The notes: a model not told the origin generated them from the letters alone. A stretch of DNA of 64,000 bases from an uncultured Latescibacterota bacterium (GCA_958295495.1 OY282352.1:3581485-3645484), one strand, 5' to 3'; shown: positions 10,472-20,272, numbered from the stretch's first letter. A program made the numbers and translations.

Positions 10472-10476
10472 CCTGA
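9616..10476 (+). CDS. Fused MNT + HEPN domain protein, copy 2
   Basis: Same motifs; near-identical DNA to copy 1 at +951 bp. Confidence 0.88.
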   Translation: MTMPTPPTRRPPDPKACAVARAVGEAVHPDRVILFGSRARGDFNPDSDIDLLIITGPGPVNQQTYQRSRAAAHRKVEELYDHSIGVDLLRMSAGAFHDGRRARNHVAGQAVRDGLDANGDKVTYDNPQPTNWPDIRQRMTNAERELGVLKVLVEANSAQEAIGFHAQQALENALKGWISALDADYRNTHDLADLMAIVRQHPAENATSAGERLTWLTEYAVRYRYAGAEVVLDDRFALLAAATETVATILARIRVLTATEDAEELGAEMGQQKASARPDMSRGASS

Positions 10477-10518
10477 AGCGAACTGGTGAGGCGCGTCATG
10501 CGCGTCATAGAAGAATGA

Positions 10519-10690
10519 TTAGTGGTTTGTCAACAAAGTTAGCGACCCTTTTTTATCGTTTCTGTGCTCGGCTGGATGTCGCGCCTAAAGGCGCGGTGAA
10601 GCCCGCTTGCGCGGGAACGACCCCCATCATTTCCGCGCAAGTGGGAATCCAGTGCAGTAAGGCAATAAATTTACTTGACAGACCAATTAG
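10519..10690. mobile_element. MITE-like element with imperfect 18-bp terminal inverted repeats, TTAG flanks and an internal REP-like palindrome pair
   Basis: Left tggtttgtcaacaaagtt (10523-40) vs right aatttacttgacagacca (10668-85); ttag at 10519 and 10687; internal cccgcttgcgcgggaa / ttccgcgcaagtgggaatcc (10602-10650). Confidence 0.6.
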
Positions 10691-10727
10691 TGGCGCTTGC
10701 CACTGAACTTTCCCAAAGGAGCTAGAC

Positions 10728-11540
10728 ATGCTGAGCAAGGAGCAGGTGGCGCAATATCGCGAACAGGGCTATCTCAAGGTGGCCCAGCTCTTCGCGCCCG
10801 AGGAAACCGCAGAGCTGGCCTCGGAGATGGTGCGGGTGATCGAGCAGTGGGGGCAGGAATCCATCGGCTGGGTCGGCCCTTGGCGCGATCGCTACCTCGA
10901 CGAAGAAGACCGGCTCAACACGCGGGCGGTCTTCATGCACAACCCGCACTTTTACTCGGCCGCTTGGGGCCGAGTCCTCTTCCACGAGCCGATGATCGCC
11001 TGCGTGCGGCAGCTCATCGACGGGCCGGTGCAGTGGCACCACACGGTCCTGCACGCCAAGCCGCCGGAGAAAGGCACGCCCTTTCCCATGCACCAAGACT
11101 ATCCGTTCTACCCGCACGACGGGCCGGATTTTGTGGACTGCTTGCTGCACTTAGACGACACGCCGCTGGAAAGCGGGGCGCTGATGGTCGTGCCGGGCAG
11201 CCACGAGCAGGGGCCGCTGGAGCACGTGCTGGGGCCGGATACGGCCCCGCATCTGCCGCCCGAGCAGTACCATCCCGAGCACCTCGACAGCGTCGCCGTG
11301 CCGGCGCAGCGCGGCGACGTGATCTTCTTCAGCTACCAGACGATCCACTGGTCGGATTGCAACCGCACGGACGCTTGGCGCAAGTCCGTGCGCTTTGGCT
11401 ATCACAGCACGGCCCTGCGGCCGGTGGGGCGGGCTGCGGACAACCCGCAGCGGATCGACCAAGACAATGTGCTGGAGCGCAGCAACAACATCGTCGTGGC
11501 TGGGTTTCGGGAAAACGACGTCGAGCCAGCGGCGAGTTAG
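10728..11540 (+). CDS. Phytanoyl-CoA dioxygenase family (PhyH) Fe/2OG oxygenase
   Basis: YREQGYL, HQD (HxD), GALMVVPGSH, GDVIFF..IHWS..N..RK; RBS aaggag. Confidence 0.9.
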   Translation: MLSKEQVAQYREQGYLKVAQLFAPEETAELASEMVRVIEQWGQESIGWVGPWRDRYLDEEDRLNTRAVFMHNPHFYSAAWGRVLFHEPMIACVRQLIDGPVQWHHTVLHAKPPEKGTPFPMHQDYPFYPHDGPDFVDCLLHLDDTPLESGALMVVPGSHEQGPLEHVLGPDTAPHLPPEQYHPEHLDSVAVPAQRGDVIFFSYQTIHWSDCNRTDAWRKSVRFGYHSTALRPVGRAADNPQRIDQDNVLERSNNIVVAGFRENDVEPAAS

Positions 11541-11549
11541 GACAACCTG

Positions 11550-12596
11550 ATGACAGAAAAAGACGCGAGAGAAATCGGCCCGCTGCAAGAGGCCAACGAT
11601 GCCCTCGGGGACAGTGCCGAGCTGCGGCGGCGCTTGGACGAACAAGGGTACATCTTTTTGCGACAGATCATGGCCAAAGACAAGCTGCTGGCCCTGCGGC
11701 AGGAGATGGCCGAGGTGTTGCTGGAGGCCGGGTGGTTGGTCGCCGGCACGGATCCCATGGACGGCATTGCGCGGATTGGGGCGCAGTGTACTGAAGGCGA
11801 CCCCGAATACGCCGAGGTGTATCACCGAGTGTACCGCTTGGAGGCCTTCCACCAAGCCGGCCATTGGCCGGAGGTCTTAGCCGTGATGGAGCAAGTAGTT
11901 GCCGGCCCGGTCCTGCCGCATCCCCAGAAGATCGCCCGCCTGTGGTTTCCCCAATACACCGAGCACACCACGCCCAAGCACCAAGACTTCGTCCACTTCC
12001 AAGGCAGTTTCAATACCTATACTTTCTGGGCCCCCGTGGGGGATTGTCCGCTGGAGTTAGGGGGGTTGGCGGTGCTGCCTAAGTCGCACGAGATCGGCAA
12101 GGTGCGGGAACACCACTTCTCGTTGGGGGCCGGTGGCTTGGCCGTAGATGAAGCCGAGTTGACCGGGCGCTGGCTCAGCGCAGATTACGAAGCGGGAGAC
12201 GCCCTGATCTTTCCGAGCCTGACCGTCCACCAAGCCCTGCCCAACTACGCGGAAGATCGCCTGCGCCTTTCGCTCGACAACCGCTATCAGGCGCGGGACG
12301 AGCCGATTGCGCGGCACATGCTGGAGCCGCATCTGAGCGGCGTCACTGGCTTTAACTGGGAAGCCTGCTATGCGGGCTGGCAAAGCAAAGCCTTGCAATA
12401 CTATTGGCAGGACCTAGACCTGCAAGTGGTGCCGCAGTTGTCCCGGTGGGGGGATCAAGGGTTTGCCGAGGCCCTGTCCTTAGCGCGGGCTGGCGACGAG
12501 CGGGCCTTGTACCAACTGCGGCGCATTGCGCGGCGCGATCCTGAATCCGAGCGCGGGCAGCAAGCCGTCCAACTCCTACACGAGGTAAACGCATGA
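11550..12596 (+). CDS. Phytanoyl-CoA dioxygenase family (PhyH) Fe/2OG oxygenase
   Basis: LDEQGYIFLR, TPKHQD, GGLAVLPKSH, GDALIF..TVHQALPN..RLSLDNRYQ. Confidence 0.9.
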   Translation: MTEKDAREIGPLQEANDALGDSAELRRRLDEQGYIFLRQIMAKDKLLALRQEMAEVLLEAGWLVAGTDPMDGIARIGAQCTEGDPEYAEVYHRVYRLEAFHQAGHWPEVLAVMEQVVAGPVLPHPQKIARLWFPQYTEHTTPKHQDFVHFQGSFNTYTFWAPVGDCPLELGGLAVLPKSHEIGKVREHHFSLGAGGLAVDEAELTGRWLSADYEAGDALIFPSLTVHQALPNYAEDRLRLSLDNRYQARDEPIARHMLEPHLSGVTGFNWEACYAGWQSKALQYYWQDLDLQVVPQLSRWGDQGFAEALSLARAGDERALYQLRRIARRDPESERGQQAVQLLHEVNA

Positions 12597-14068
12597 AAGC
12601 AATCATGGTCATGTTCGACTCGCTCAACCGGCATCAGTTGCCGCCCTACGGCTGCGATTGGACGCACGCGCCCAATTTCCAGCGGCTCGCCGAGCGGTCT
12701 CTCACCTTCGACACAAGCTACGTCTGTTCCATGCCGTGTATGCCGGCGCGCCGCGATTTGCACACCGGGCGGCCCAACTTTCTCCACCGCTCTTGGGGAC
12801 CACTCGAGCCTTTCGACGACTCCACGCCGCGGATGCTGCGCGACGCCGGCGTCTCGTCGCACCTGATCAGCGACCACTACCACTACTGGGAGGCCGGCGG
12901 GGCCACGTACCACACCCAGTACAGCACTTGGCAGTTCTTCCGCGGCCAAGAGGGCGATCCGTGGATCGGGCAGGTGGCCGACCCGCCGCCCGTAGAAGCG
13001 CACGCGAGCAATGCCGGCCGCAGCATCTGGCACCGCCAAGACCGCGTCAACCGGCAATACATGCGCCGCGAGGAGGATCAGCCCCAAACGCAAACCTTCA
13101 AGGCCGGAGTCGAGTTCATCCGCCGCAACCACGCAGAAGACAACTGGTTTTTGCAGATTGAGACCTTTGACCCGCACGAGCCGTTTTTCACCCAGCGCCA
13201 ATACCAAGACCTCTACCCGGAGCTTTTTAAGAACCGCTCGTCCCTGCTGTTCGACTGGCCGACCTACGGCCCAGTGACCGAAGAGCAAGCACTCGTCGAT
13301 CAATGCCGGGGCCACTACGCATCGCTGCTGAGCATGTGCGACGCCCGCCTCGGCGACATACTCGACCAGATGGATCGGCTGGCGCTGTGGGACGACACCA
13401 TGCTCATCGCGTGGACCGACCACGGCTTCCTGCTCGGGGAGCACGACCTGTGGGCCAAGGTGCAGATGCCTTGGTACCGCGAGCTGTCCAACACGCCGTT
13501 CTTTGTCTGGGACCCCCGCTGCGGCCAAGCGGGCCAGCGGCGGCAGAGCTTGGTGCAGCCGTCAATTGACTTGGGGCCGACCTTGCTGGACCTCTTCGGG
13601 GTGGAGCCGACCGCGGACATGCTGGGCCAGAGCCTGCGCGAGGTCTGCGCGAGCGACTCACCCGTCCGCGAGGCCGCGATTTTCGGCAACCACGGCGGGC
13701 AGGTGAACGTCACCGATGGCCGCTACGTGTACATGCGCGCCCCCACCCGGCCCGACAACCAGCCCCTGTACAACTACACGCTCATGCCCACGCACATGCG
13801 CGATTTATTCTCAGTCGATGAATTCGCCGACGTGGAGCTAGCCGAGCCGTTTGGTTTTAGCAAGGGCTGTCGGCTGCTGCGGACGCAAGGACACCCGCGG
13901 ACCAAGCAGCACGAGTACGGGACCCTGCTCTTCGACTTGGAGCAAGACCCGCGACAGGAGGCCCCGCTCGACGACGCAGTGCTGGAGCAGCGGATGCAGG
14001 GGCTGTTGCGCGAGCAGCTAGAAGCGTGCGAAGCACCGCCGGAGCAGTACGAGCGCTTGGGTTTGTAG
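12593..14068 (+). CDS. Sulfatase
   Basis: MFDSLNR, CMPARRDLHTGR (CxPxR formylglycine motif), FDPHEPF, TDHGFLLGEH. Confidence 0.92.
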   Translation: MKAIMVMFDSLNRHQLPPYGCDWTHAPNFQRLAERSLTFDTSYVCSMPCMPARRDLHTGRPNFLHRSWGPLEPFDDSTPRMLRDAGVSSHLISDHYHYWEAGGATYHTQYSTWQFFRGQEGDPWIGQVADPPPVEAHASNAGRSIWHRQDRVNRQYMRREEDQPQTQTFKAGVEFIRRNHAEDNWFLQIETFDPHEPFFTQRQYQDLYPELFKNRSSLLFDWPTYGPVTEEQALVDQCRGHYASLLSMCDARLGDILDQMDRLALWDDTMLIAWTDHGFLLGEHDLWAKVQMPWYRELSNTPFFVWDPRCGQAGQRRQSLVQPSIDLGPTLLDLFGVEPTADMLGQSLREVCASDSPVREAAIFGNHGGQVNVTDGRYVYMRAPTRPDNQPLYNYTLMPTHMRDLFSVDEFADVELAEPFGFSKGCRLLRTQGHPRTKQHEYGTLLFDLEQDPRQEAPLDDAVLEQRMQGLLREQLEACEAPPEQYERLGL

Positions 14069-14156
14069 CCCACCCCGAGGATGCGTACCGTCAGGTACAC
14101 CTCCAGAAAGGCCATCACAAAGTGATCTACGAGGCGCTACAAGGCTTTGCCGATGC

Positions 14157-14654
14157 GAGCGTTTTGTTCCCAAAGGACAGACCGGTGGTCGCATTCCGCC
14201 CGGTGCGACCAAATGCACTAAAGCCGTTCCCGGCGACGCCGAGGGCTACCCCGAAAAATTCGCTTACAACGAAGAGACCCAAACGCTCCACATCGGCCCA
14301 GGTACGTTCGCGCCCGTTGTACCCGCGGTGTACGAATTTGAGGTTTCGGGCCTCAAGGTCGTGCCGTCTTGGCTCAAGTACCGCATGAAGCAAGGGGCCG
14401 GCAAGAAGTCGTCTCCCCTCGACGCGCTCCGCCCTGTACACTGGACCAGCCAGTTTACCACGGAATTACTCGAATTGCTCTGGGTTTTGGAAGAAACGGT
14501 GAAGTACTATCCCGAACAGAAGCGGCTACTCAAAGCCGTCGTCGCCACCGACTGCTTCCAAGCCGCCGAACTGCCGACCGTCCCAGACGAAATGCACAAG
14601 CCGCCTAAGAAGTCAACGAACCACGAGCTGTTTGACTCGAATGGCAGTCGCTAA
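14157..14654 (+). pseudogene. C-terminal fragment of a type ISP restriction-modification enzyme
   Basis: In-frame ERF..YPEKFAYNEETQTLHIGPGTFAPV.PAVYEFEVSGLKVVPSWLKYRM..SSPLD.LRP..WT..FT.ELLELLWVLE; no upstream helicase/MTase part. Confidence 0.7.
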
Positions 14655-14720
14655 TTGCAGAAAATGGCAAGGACCGAGAAACCTGACGCAATCCAACCAT
14701 CCGCAACGAGGAGCTTATCA

Positions 14721-16619
14721 ATGAACAACCCAGCCAAACGCGCCATCGTCATTGGCATGGACGGTGCCGCCATGGAGTTGGTGCAACACATGGTGGACCA
14801 AGGTCAGATGCCCCACTTGAGTCAGCTCATGGCGCGGGGCGTCAAGCGGCCCATGATCGGCGTCTTTCCAACCCTGACGCCACCCGGCTGGACGGCCACT
14901 TCGACCGGGGCTTGGCCGGGAACCCATCAGGTAATGGACTTCAACATCCGCAAGTTAGGCGGACGCCTCGACGAGACAGTGTGGGGGATCAACACCCAGC
15001 TCTCGCAGGCCGAGTACCTGTGGAACACGGTCGAACGGGCCGGCAAAAAGCCGCTCTTGGTCAAGTGGGAGATGTCCTGGCCGCCGACCGTACAGACCGG
15101 CATCCAAGTCGAAGGCACCGGCCCGGGCGTGTCCAATGTGCATCAAATCGCCGGCTACCATCTCTTTGTCGGCGGCGTCTGGACGCCCCGGCCGATCGGC
15201 GGACCGCGCGACCCCGAGACCTTGGACCCGAGCGCCCTGCAAAAGGTGCGCAGCGTCGATCCGGTGGCACTCGTCCCGGCGGAAGGGTGGCAAGAGGCAC
15301 CCACCTCCGCGCTGCCGCCAAAAGAAGTGGTGCTGGTCATCGAGCCGCTCAAGCGCGGGCGACCGGATATGCACTTAGGCCGGGAGGGGACGCCTAAGCA
15401 TTTCTACGGCCTACTATACGCCGCTGCCGACGAGGGCTACGACCGGCTGCTCGTCTGCCGCAGCCGCGATGCGCGCGACGCCGTGGCCGAGTTGGCGGTG
15501 GGCCAGTGGACCGAGTGGTGGAAGGACGGCTTTGAGATTGACGGGCAGATGCTAGAGGGCTACCTGTGCATGAAGCTCGTCAGCTTGAGCGCAGCAGGCG
15601 ATGTCTTTGAGCTTTTTGTGCCGCAGGTCTGGCCGGCGACCGGCTACACCCAGCCGGCGGAAGTGGCGCAGCAGATCGACGAACACGTCGGCAATTTCCT
15701 ACAGAATCCAGGGCGCGATGCTTTGGGCGTAGTTGATGACGCGACCTATTTCGAGCTATTGGACTTCCACCACCAGCGGTTGGCCGATGTAGCTCACTAC
15801 CTGACGGCGAGCAACGACTGGGACGTACTGTTCATCGAAACCCACGCCTCGGACTACACCAGCCACTTCTTCCTGTCGCAGGCCGACGAATGCAGCGGGA
15901 CCGACGCGCACACCCTAGCGCGCTGCCAAACGGGCGTGGCCCAGACCTACGCCTCCATAGATCGCATGATCGGCCGCGTCGTCGCGCTGGCCGACGACGA
16001 CACAGTCGTTGCGGTCGTCTCCGATCACGGCGGCACCCCCAACCAACACCGGCCGGTCGATATCGCCGCGGTGCTGGAACGGGCGGGCTTTTTGGTGTAT
16101 GCGGACGCAGAAAAAAAACAGATCGATTGGCAGCGGACGCGTGCGGCCAACGTGGGGCTGGTCCACATCTTCATCAATCTCAAGGGACGCGAGCCTACTG
16201 GGATCGTCGAGCCAAGCGCCTATGAGCAAACGCGGCTCGACCTCATCGAAGCCCTCCACGCCTATCGCCATCCCCAGACCGGACGCTGTCCTTTTGCCCT
16301 CGCACTGACGAGGGAAGACGCGGAGATGGTCAATCTGTCGGGCGAGCTCGTCGGCGACGTGGTCTATGCGCTGCGGCCCGAATACGACGGAGCGCACGGC
16401 AAGCAGCTGCCCTCGGCCACACTCGGGATTGGCGGGCAGCACTGCACGTTCGTGCTAGCCGGTGCCGGCGTAAAGCAAGGGCTGGCGCTCGGGCGGCAGG
16501 TGCGAGCGGTGGACGTCGCGCCGACCCTGTGCTACTTGCTGGGCATCCCCATGCCCGAGCAGGTGGAGGGCGGCGTGATCTACGAGGCGCTCGCAGACGC
16601 GGATTGGCATCTGCGATGA
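14721..16619 (+). CDS. Alkaline phosphatase superfamily / nucleotide pyrophosphatase-phosphodiesterase
   Basis: VIGMDGA, PTLTPPGWT..STGAWPGTH, VSDHG, VDVAPTL; RBS gaggag. Confidence 0.88.
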   Translation: MNNPAKRAIVIGMDGAAMELVQHMVDQGQMPHLSQLMARGVKRPMIGVFPTLTPPGWTATSTGAWPGTHQVMDFNIRKLGGRLDETVWGINTQLSQAEYLWNTVERAGKKPLLVKWEMSWPPTVQTGIQVEGTGPGVSNVHQIAGYHLFVGGVWTPRPIGGPRDPETLDPSALQKVRSVDPVALVPAEGWQEAPTSALPPKEVVLVIEPLKRGRPDMHLGREGTPKHFYGLLYAAADEGYDRLLVCRSRDARDAVAELAVGQWTEWWKDGFEIDGQMLEGYLCMKLVSLSAAGDVFELFVPQVWPATGYTQPAEVAQQIDEHVGNFLQNPGRDALGVVDDATYFELLDFHHQRLADVAHYLTASNDWDVLFIETHASDYTSHFFLSQADECSGTDAHTLARCQTGVAQTYASIDRMIGRVVALADDDTVVAVVSDHGGTPNQHRPVDIAAVLERAGFLVYADAEKKQIDWQRTRAANVGLVHIFINLKGREPTGIVEPSAYEQTRLDLIEALHAYRHPQTGRCPFALALTREDAEMVNLSGELVGDVVYALRPEYDGAHGKQLPSATLGIGGQHCTFVLAGAGVKQGLALGRQVRAVDVAPTLCYLLGIPMPEQVEGGVIYEALADADWHLR

Positions 16620-17638
16620 AAGCGGCCTATTACTGCGGCGACCGCACGGTCGAAATCGGCGAGTGCCGAGTACAATCCCCCAGTGCTGGTCAGGTGCGAA
16701 TTGAGGTGGCCTATTGCGGCGTGTGCGGCACGGATATCCACATTTACCTCGGCCATCAGGACGGTCGGATTGACGTGCCCCAAGTCATTGGGCACGAGAT
16801 GTCCGGGCGGATAGCGGAAGTCGGGGCCGACGTCCAAGGCTGGGTCGTGGGCGATCCGGTCGTAGTGCGTCCCTTAGAGGCTTGTGGCGCGTGCGCCGCC
16901 TGCAACGCTGGCAATGGCCATATCTGCCAGAACTTGAACTTCATCGGCATCGACAGCCCTGGGGCCTTTCAGGGGTCGTGGACGGTTCCGGCCTATATGC
17001 TGCACCGCTTGCCGGACGACATGCCCCTCGCACTGGGTGCCTTAGTCGAGCCGCTGGCGGTCGCCTGTCACGATGTGCGCTTGGGCGAGGTGGGGCCGGG
17101 CGAGAAGGTGGTGGTGATCGGCGGCGGCCCAATCGGCCTACTCAATGCGCTGGTGGCGCAGAACGCGGGAGCCGAGGTGCGGATCGCCGAGGTCAATGCC
17201 TATCGGCTCAAGGCGGCCCGTGCGCTGGGGCTGGAAACCGTCCATCCGCTCAAGGAGGATTTGGTCGCCCACGTCGCAGCTTGGACCGAGGGCGCGGGAG
17301 CCGACGCGGTCTTTGAGGTCTCCGGCTCACAGGCTGGGGCCGAGGTGATGACTCAGCTCGCCAAGGTCCGGGGGCGGATCGTGGTGGTGGCGATTTTCGC
17401 TGACGCGCCCAAAATCGATCTCTTTCAGTTCTTCTGGCGAGAGCTGAAGATGTGCGGGGTGCGCGTGTACGAACCCGAGGATTACGACCACGCCATTGAG
17501 CTGGCCGCCAGCGGCGCACTGCCGCTAAACGAGCTGATTACCGAGCACCTTCCCTTAGACGCGCTGCCCGACGCCTTGGCCCGGCTGGCGGCGGGCACTG
17601 ACGCGGTCAAAATTCTAATTGATACGCAAGGGGAATAG
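16616..17638 (+). CDS. Zinc-dependent (sugar-acid/polyol) dehydrogenase, MDR family
   Basis: CGVCGTD, GHEMSG, CGACAAC..C structural Zn, GGGPIG; ATGA overlap with upstream gene. Confidence 0.92.
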   Translation: MKAAYYCGDRTVEIGECRVQSPSAGQVRIEVAYCGVCGTDIHIYLGHQDGRIDVPQVIGHEMSGRIAEVGADVQGWVVGDPVVVRPLEACGACAACNAGNGHICQNLNFIGIDSPGAFQGSWTVPAYMLHRLPDDMPLALGALVEPLAVACHDVRLGEVGPGEKVVVIGGGPIGLLNALVAQNAGAEVRIAEVNAYRLKAARALGLETVHPLKEDLVAHVAAWTEGAGADAVFEVSGSQAGAEVMTQLAKVRGRIVVVAIFADAPKIDLFQFFWRELKMCGVRVYEPEDYDHAIELAASGALPLNELITEHLPLDALPDALARLAAGTDAVKILIDTQGE

Positions 17639-17704
17639 CATGGGGATTTTGGATATGTCGGTCCGGTTGACATCCTCATCAATAATCCAATAATAGAGGT
17701 ATGC

Positions 17705-18091
17705 GTGGAGACATCGGGTTTGCAGGTCAGTCGCAAGGCGGTCTTGGTAGTACTTTTTATACCGAGCGTCGAACGGGACGGGATTACATTGGTAAACCAA
17801 GATTACTGGGTAACGGAGGCGCTCAGAACCTTTGGACGCTTATATGGAGGAGCTACTGCATTTCCAAGGGCTAGAGGGGTATGGCGCGATGACGAAATGG
17901 GGGCAGTACTAGTCGAGGATGAGCCGGTCATCATTCACTGTTATACGACGCCCGATGATCTCAATGATCCTGAGCGTCTTGCCCAACTTGGGGGTTTCTG
18001 TCGAAGAATGGGACGTGAGGCACGTCAAGGAGAAGTGGGGCTCGTGATTGGAGACGAGTATCTAGCGTTCCGAAATTTTTCAGAGGAGTAA
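17705..18091 (+). CDS. Hypothetical protein (small alpha/beta protein) in AT-richer insert
   Basis: 128-aa ORF, LFIPS..FGRLYGGAT..GVWRDD..REARQGEV; coupled to next gene via gaggag RBS. Confidence 0.65.
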   Translation: METSGLQVSRKAVLVVLFIPSVERDGITLVNQDYWVTEALRTFGRLYGGATAFPRARGVWRDDEMGAVLVEDEPVIIHCYTTPDDLNDPERLAQLGGFCRRMGREARQGEVGLVIGDEYLAFRNFSEE

Positions 18092-18094
18092 GCC

Positions 18095-19198
18095 ATGAGT
18101 ACGACGCTGGACATGGAACGCATAGCAAAGGAATTGGGTGCAGAGCGGTGTGAAAAAGTTTCTGCACATGGGGGGTACTTTGGAGCGCTTCAGCTAGCGG
18201 CCGAAGTTGCATCGCGCTCCCGCGTGTCAGAAGGCCCACCATCCCCGAATAAATTATTAAAAAGAGACAATCTCATGTACGACGATGGAGCGCGGCAAAA
18301 GCTATTGGGCAAGTTGGACTATGAGCTTTGGCTGCTCAATCAACTGGCAGAATTCCAGGTGTTTAACGGAGGCACCGACATCGCGACGTTCAAGATTAGG
18401 AGCGGTGAGCTAGAAACAGTCATTCTGGATTCTGGGGCAGAACTCGTTACTTCGTCCCAAGTAACCACCGCCATAACCCCTCTTGTGTTTACGGCCTCCT
18501 ACAAGATGTTAGATATGATCTTCGAATGGATACTTGAAGAGAATTACAACGCGGGGAAAATCAAGAAGGTTCCTTGGGGTTTTCAGGACAAGTTAAACCT
18601 GCTCAAAAGCAACTCCACGCTCCAATATCCTCCTCTATTCACTACCCAAAAATACCTACACTCTTACTCGGAGGCTCTCTTTTGTCGGCTGCTCCCATAT
18701 CGCAATGAGGTAGTGCATAACAAGGCCTTCTCCGTCAGCGGAGGCCAATTGATCCTTTCGAGTTCAAAAAATAAGAACACCAGATTGACCTTGAGCCGCG
18801 CACAGATCGGCTGCCTAGTGCGTTTCGTGGTCGCTCTCGCTCTCGCTTTGGCAGGAGTCATTGAAATCGATGCTCATAGGGACAGGCTGCTTAAATACCA
18901 CCTCGATTCCCTCACGACAGCGCACGGGCTAACGGCTTTCAAACAGAAAGAGCCACTTCTCGTAAATGTCGAACTCGAGGTGCCTAAGCGATGTGGTTCC
19001 TTTCCAGTAAACCTGAAGCAAATACGGGATAAAGTCAGGACCCAATTTCCAACTCAAGACATAGGCTTCAATCTTACGGTGCGGGCCGTGGATGGCGAGA
19101 ATCTAATTGCAAAGTGGTACTTTAAGGAAGAAAAAGTCCCAACTTTGGACGAGGTGATCTTTGACGAGGCGTCTTACAAGGCGCATCGCGTAGATTGA
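18095..19198 (+). CDS. Hypothetical protein, possibly a fusion of a short N-terminal gene stub and a separate protein starting at MYDDG (about 18275); contains RNEVVH (HEPN-like Rx4H)
   Basis: 367-aa ORF, RBS gaggag, atypical codon usage. Confidence 0.6.
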   Translation: MSTTLDMERIAKELGAERCEKVSAHGGYFGALQLAAEVASRSRVSEGPPSPNKLLKRDNLMYDDGARQKLLGKLDYELWLLNQLAEFQVFNGGTDIATFKIRSGELETVILDSGAELVTSSQVTTAITPLVFTASYKMLDMIFEWILEENYNAGKIKKVPWGFQDKLNLLKSNSTLQYPPLFTTQKYLHSYSEALFCRLLPYRNEVVHNKAFSVSGGQLILSSSKNKNTRLTLSRAQIGCLVRFVVALALALAGVIEIDAHRDRLLKYHLDSLTTAHGLTAFKQKEPLLVNVELEVPKRCGSFPVNLKQIRDKVRTQFPTQDIGFNLTVRAVDGENLIAKWYFKEEKVPTLDEVIFDEASYKAHRVD

Positions 19199-19229
19199 AC
19201 CACTTTAATCGACACTCAAGGGAAATAGA

Positions 19230-19997
19230 ATGAGTATCCTAGATCTTTTTAAGCTCGACGGCCAGACGGCGCTGGTCACCGGATGTCGCCGAGGCATCGG
19301 GCGCGGGTTCGCGCAAGCATTGGCCGAGGCTGGAGCGGATATCGTCGGCGTCAGCGCCTCACTCGAAGCAGATTCCGAGGTCGGCAAAGACATTGCCGAG
19401 CGCGGCAAGCGCTTCAAGGGCTATGCCTGCGATTTCAGCGACCGAGCGGCAGTCCGCGCCTTCGTCGAGCAGGTCAACGCCGAGGTCGGCCCGATCGACA
19501 TCCTCATCAACAACGCCGGTACAATCCGGCGCGCCCCGGCCGACGAACACGCAGACGAAGACTGGGACCACGTCATCGAGGTCAACTTAAACGCGCAATT
19601 CGTGCTGGCGCGGGAATTCGGCAAGCAGATGCTATCCCGCGGCCGAGGCAAGATCGTCTTTACCGCTTCGGTGCTGACCTTCCAAGGCGGGATCACCGTG
19701 CCGGGCTATGCCGCGGCCAAGGGCGGGATCGGGCAGTTGACGATGGCGCTGGCCAACGAATGGGCCGGTCGCGGGGTCAACGTCAATGCCATTGCCCCCG
19801 GATATATCGCCACCGACAACAACCAAGCTCTGCGCGACGATCCGGTGCGCAACGGGCAGCTACTGGTGAGGATTCCGGCGGGGCGGTGGGGTACGCCGGA
19901 CGACTTAAAAGGCGCGGTGGTGTGGCTGTCTTCGCCAGCGGCCGACTACGTGCATGGCGCGCTTGTAATCGTCGATGGGGGGTGGATGGGCCGCTGA
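19230..19997 (+). CDS. kduD: SDR oxidoreductase, KduD-like (2-deoxy-D-gluconate 3-dehydrogenase)
   Basis: TGCRRGIG, ILINNAG, FQGGITVPGYAAAKGG, NEWA..GVNVNAIAPGY, RIPAGRWG, VDGGWMGR. Confidence 0.8.
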   Translation: MSILDLFKLDGQTALVTGCRRGIGRGFAQALAEAGADIVGVSASLEADSEVGKDIAERGKRFKGYACDFSDRAAVRAFVEQVNAEVGPIDILINNAGTIRRAPADEHADEDWDHVIEVNLNAQFVLAREFGKQMLSRGRGKIVFTASVLTFQGGITVPGYAAAKGGIGQLTMALANEWAGRGVNVNAIAPGYIATDNNQALRDDPVRNGQLLVRIPAGRWGTPDDLKGAVVWLSSPAADYVHGALVIVDGGWMGR

Positions 19998-20272
19998 TAT
20001 GGAAGCCGCCCACCTTCTGGCGTTTTGGGGCAAGACGCCGCGTGGTTGGTTGCGGGGGCAGTGTTCTCCACATTTTATAACGGCTTGGTCGCGGTGTGGT
20101 CCGAGTTGCCGCGCCAAGCCGCAGTCATCCACAAAATGCCTAGTGACTGGCAGGGTGATTTGGACTTTTGGCGCAAACTTTATTTTATTGCAACGTGCAT
20201 CCCGTCGCTCAACGAAGGCGAATGTCCTTAAAAAACAATGATTTGTTTATTTAAAAGTAAGTGCGTGTTACA

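Noticed and set aside
19999-20260. Possible cas3 N-terminal stub (LAFWGKT) plus AT-rich CRISPR-leader-like tract
   Set aside because: Only a few residues of similarity; no repeats or cas genes in the window
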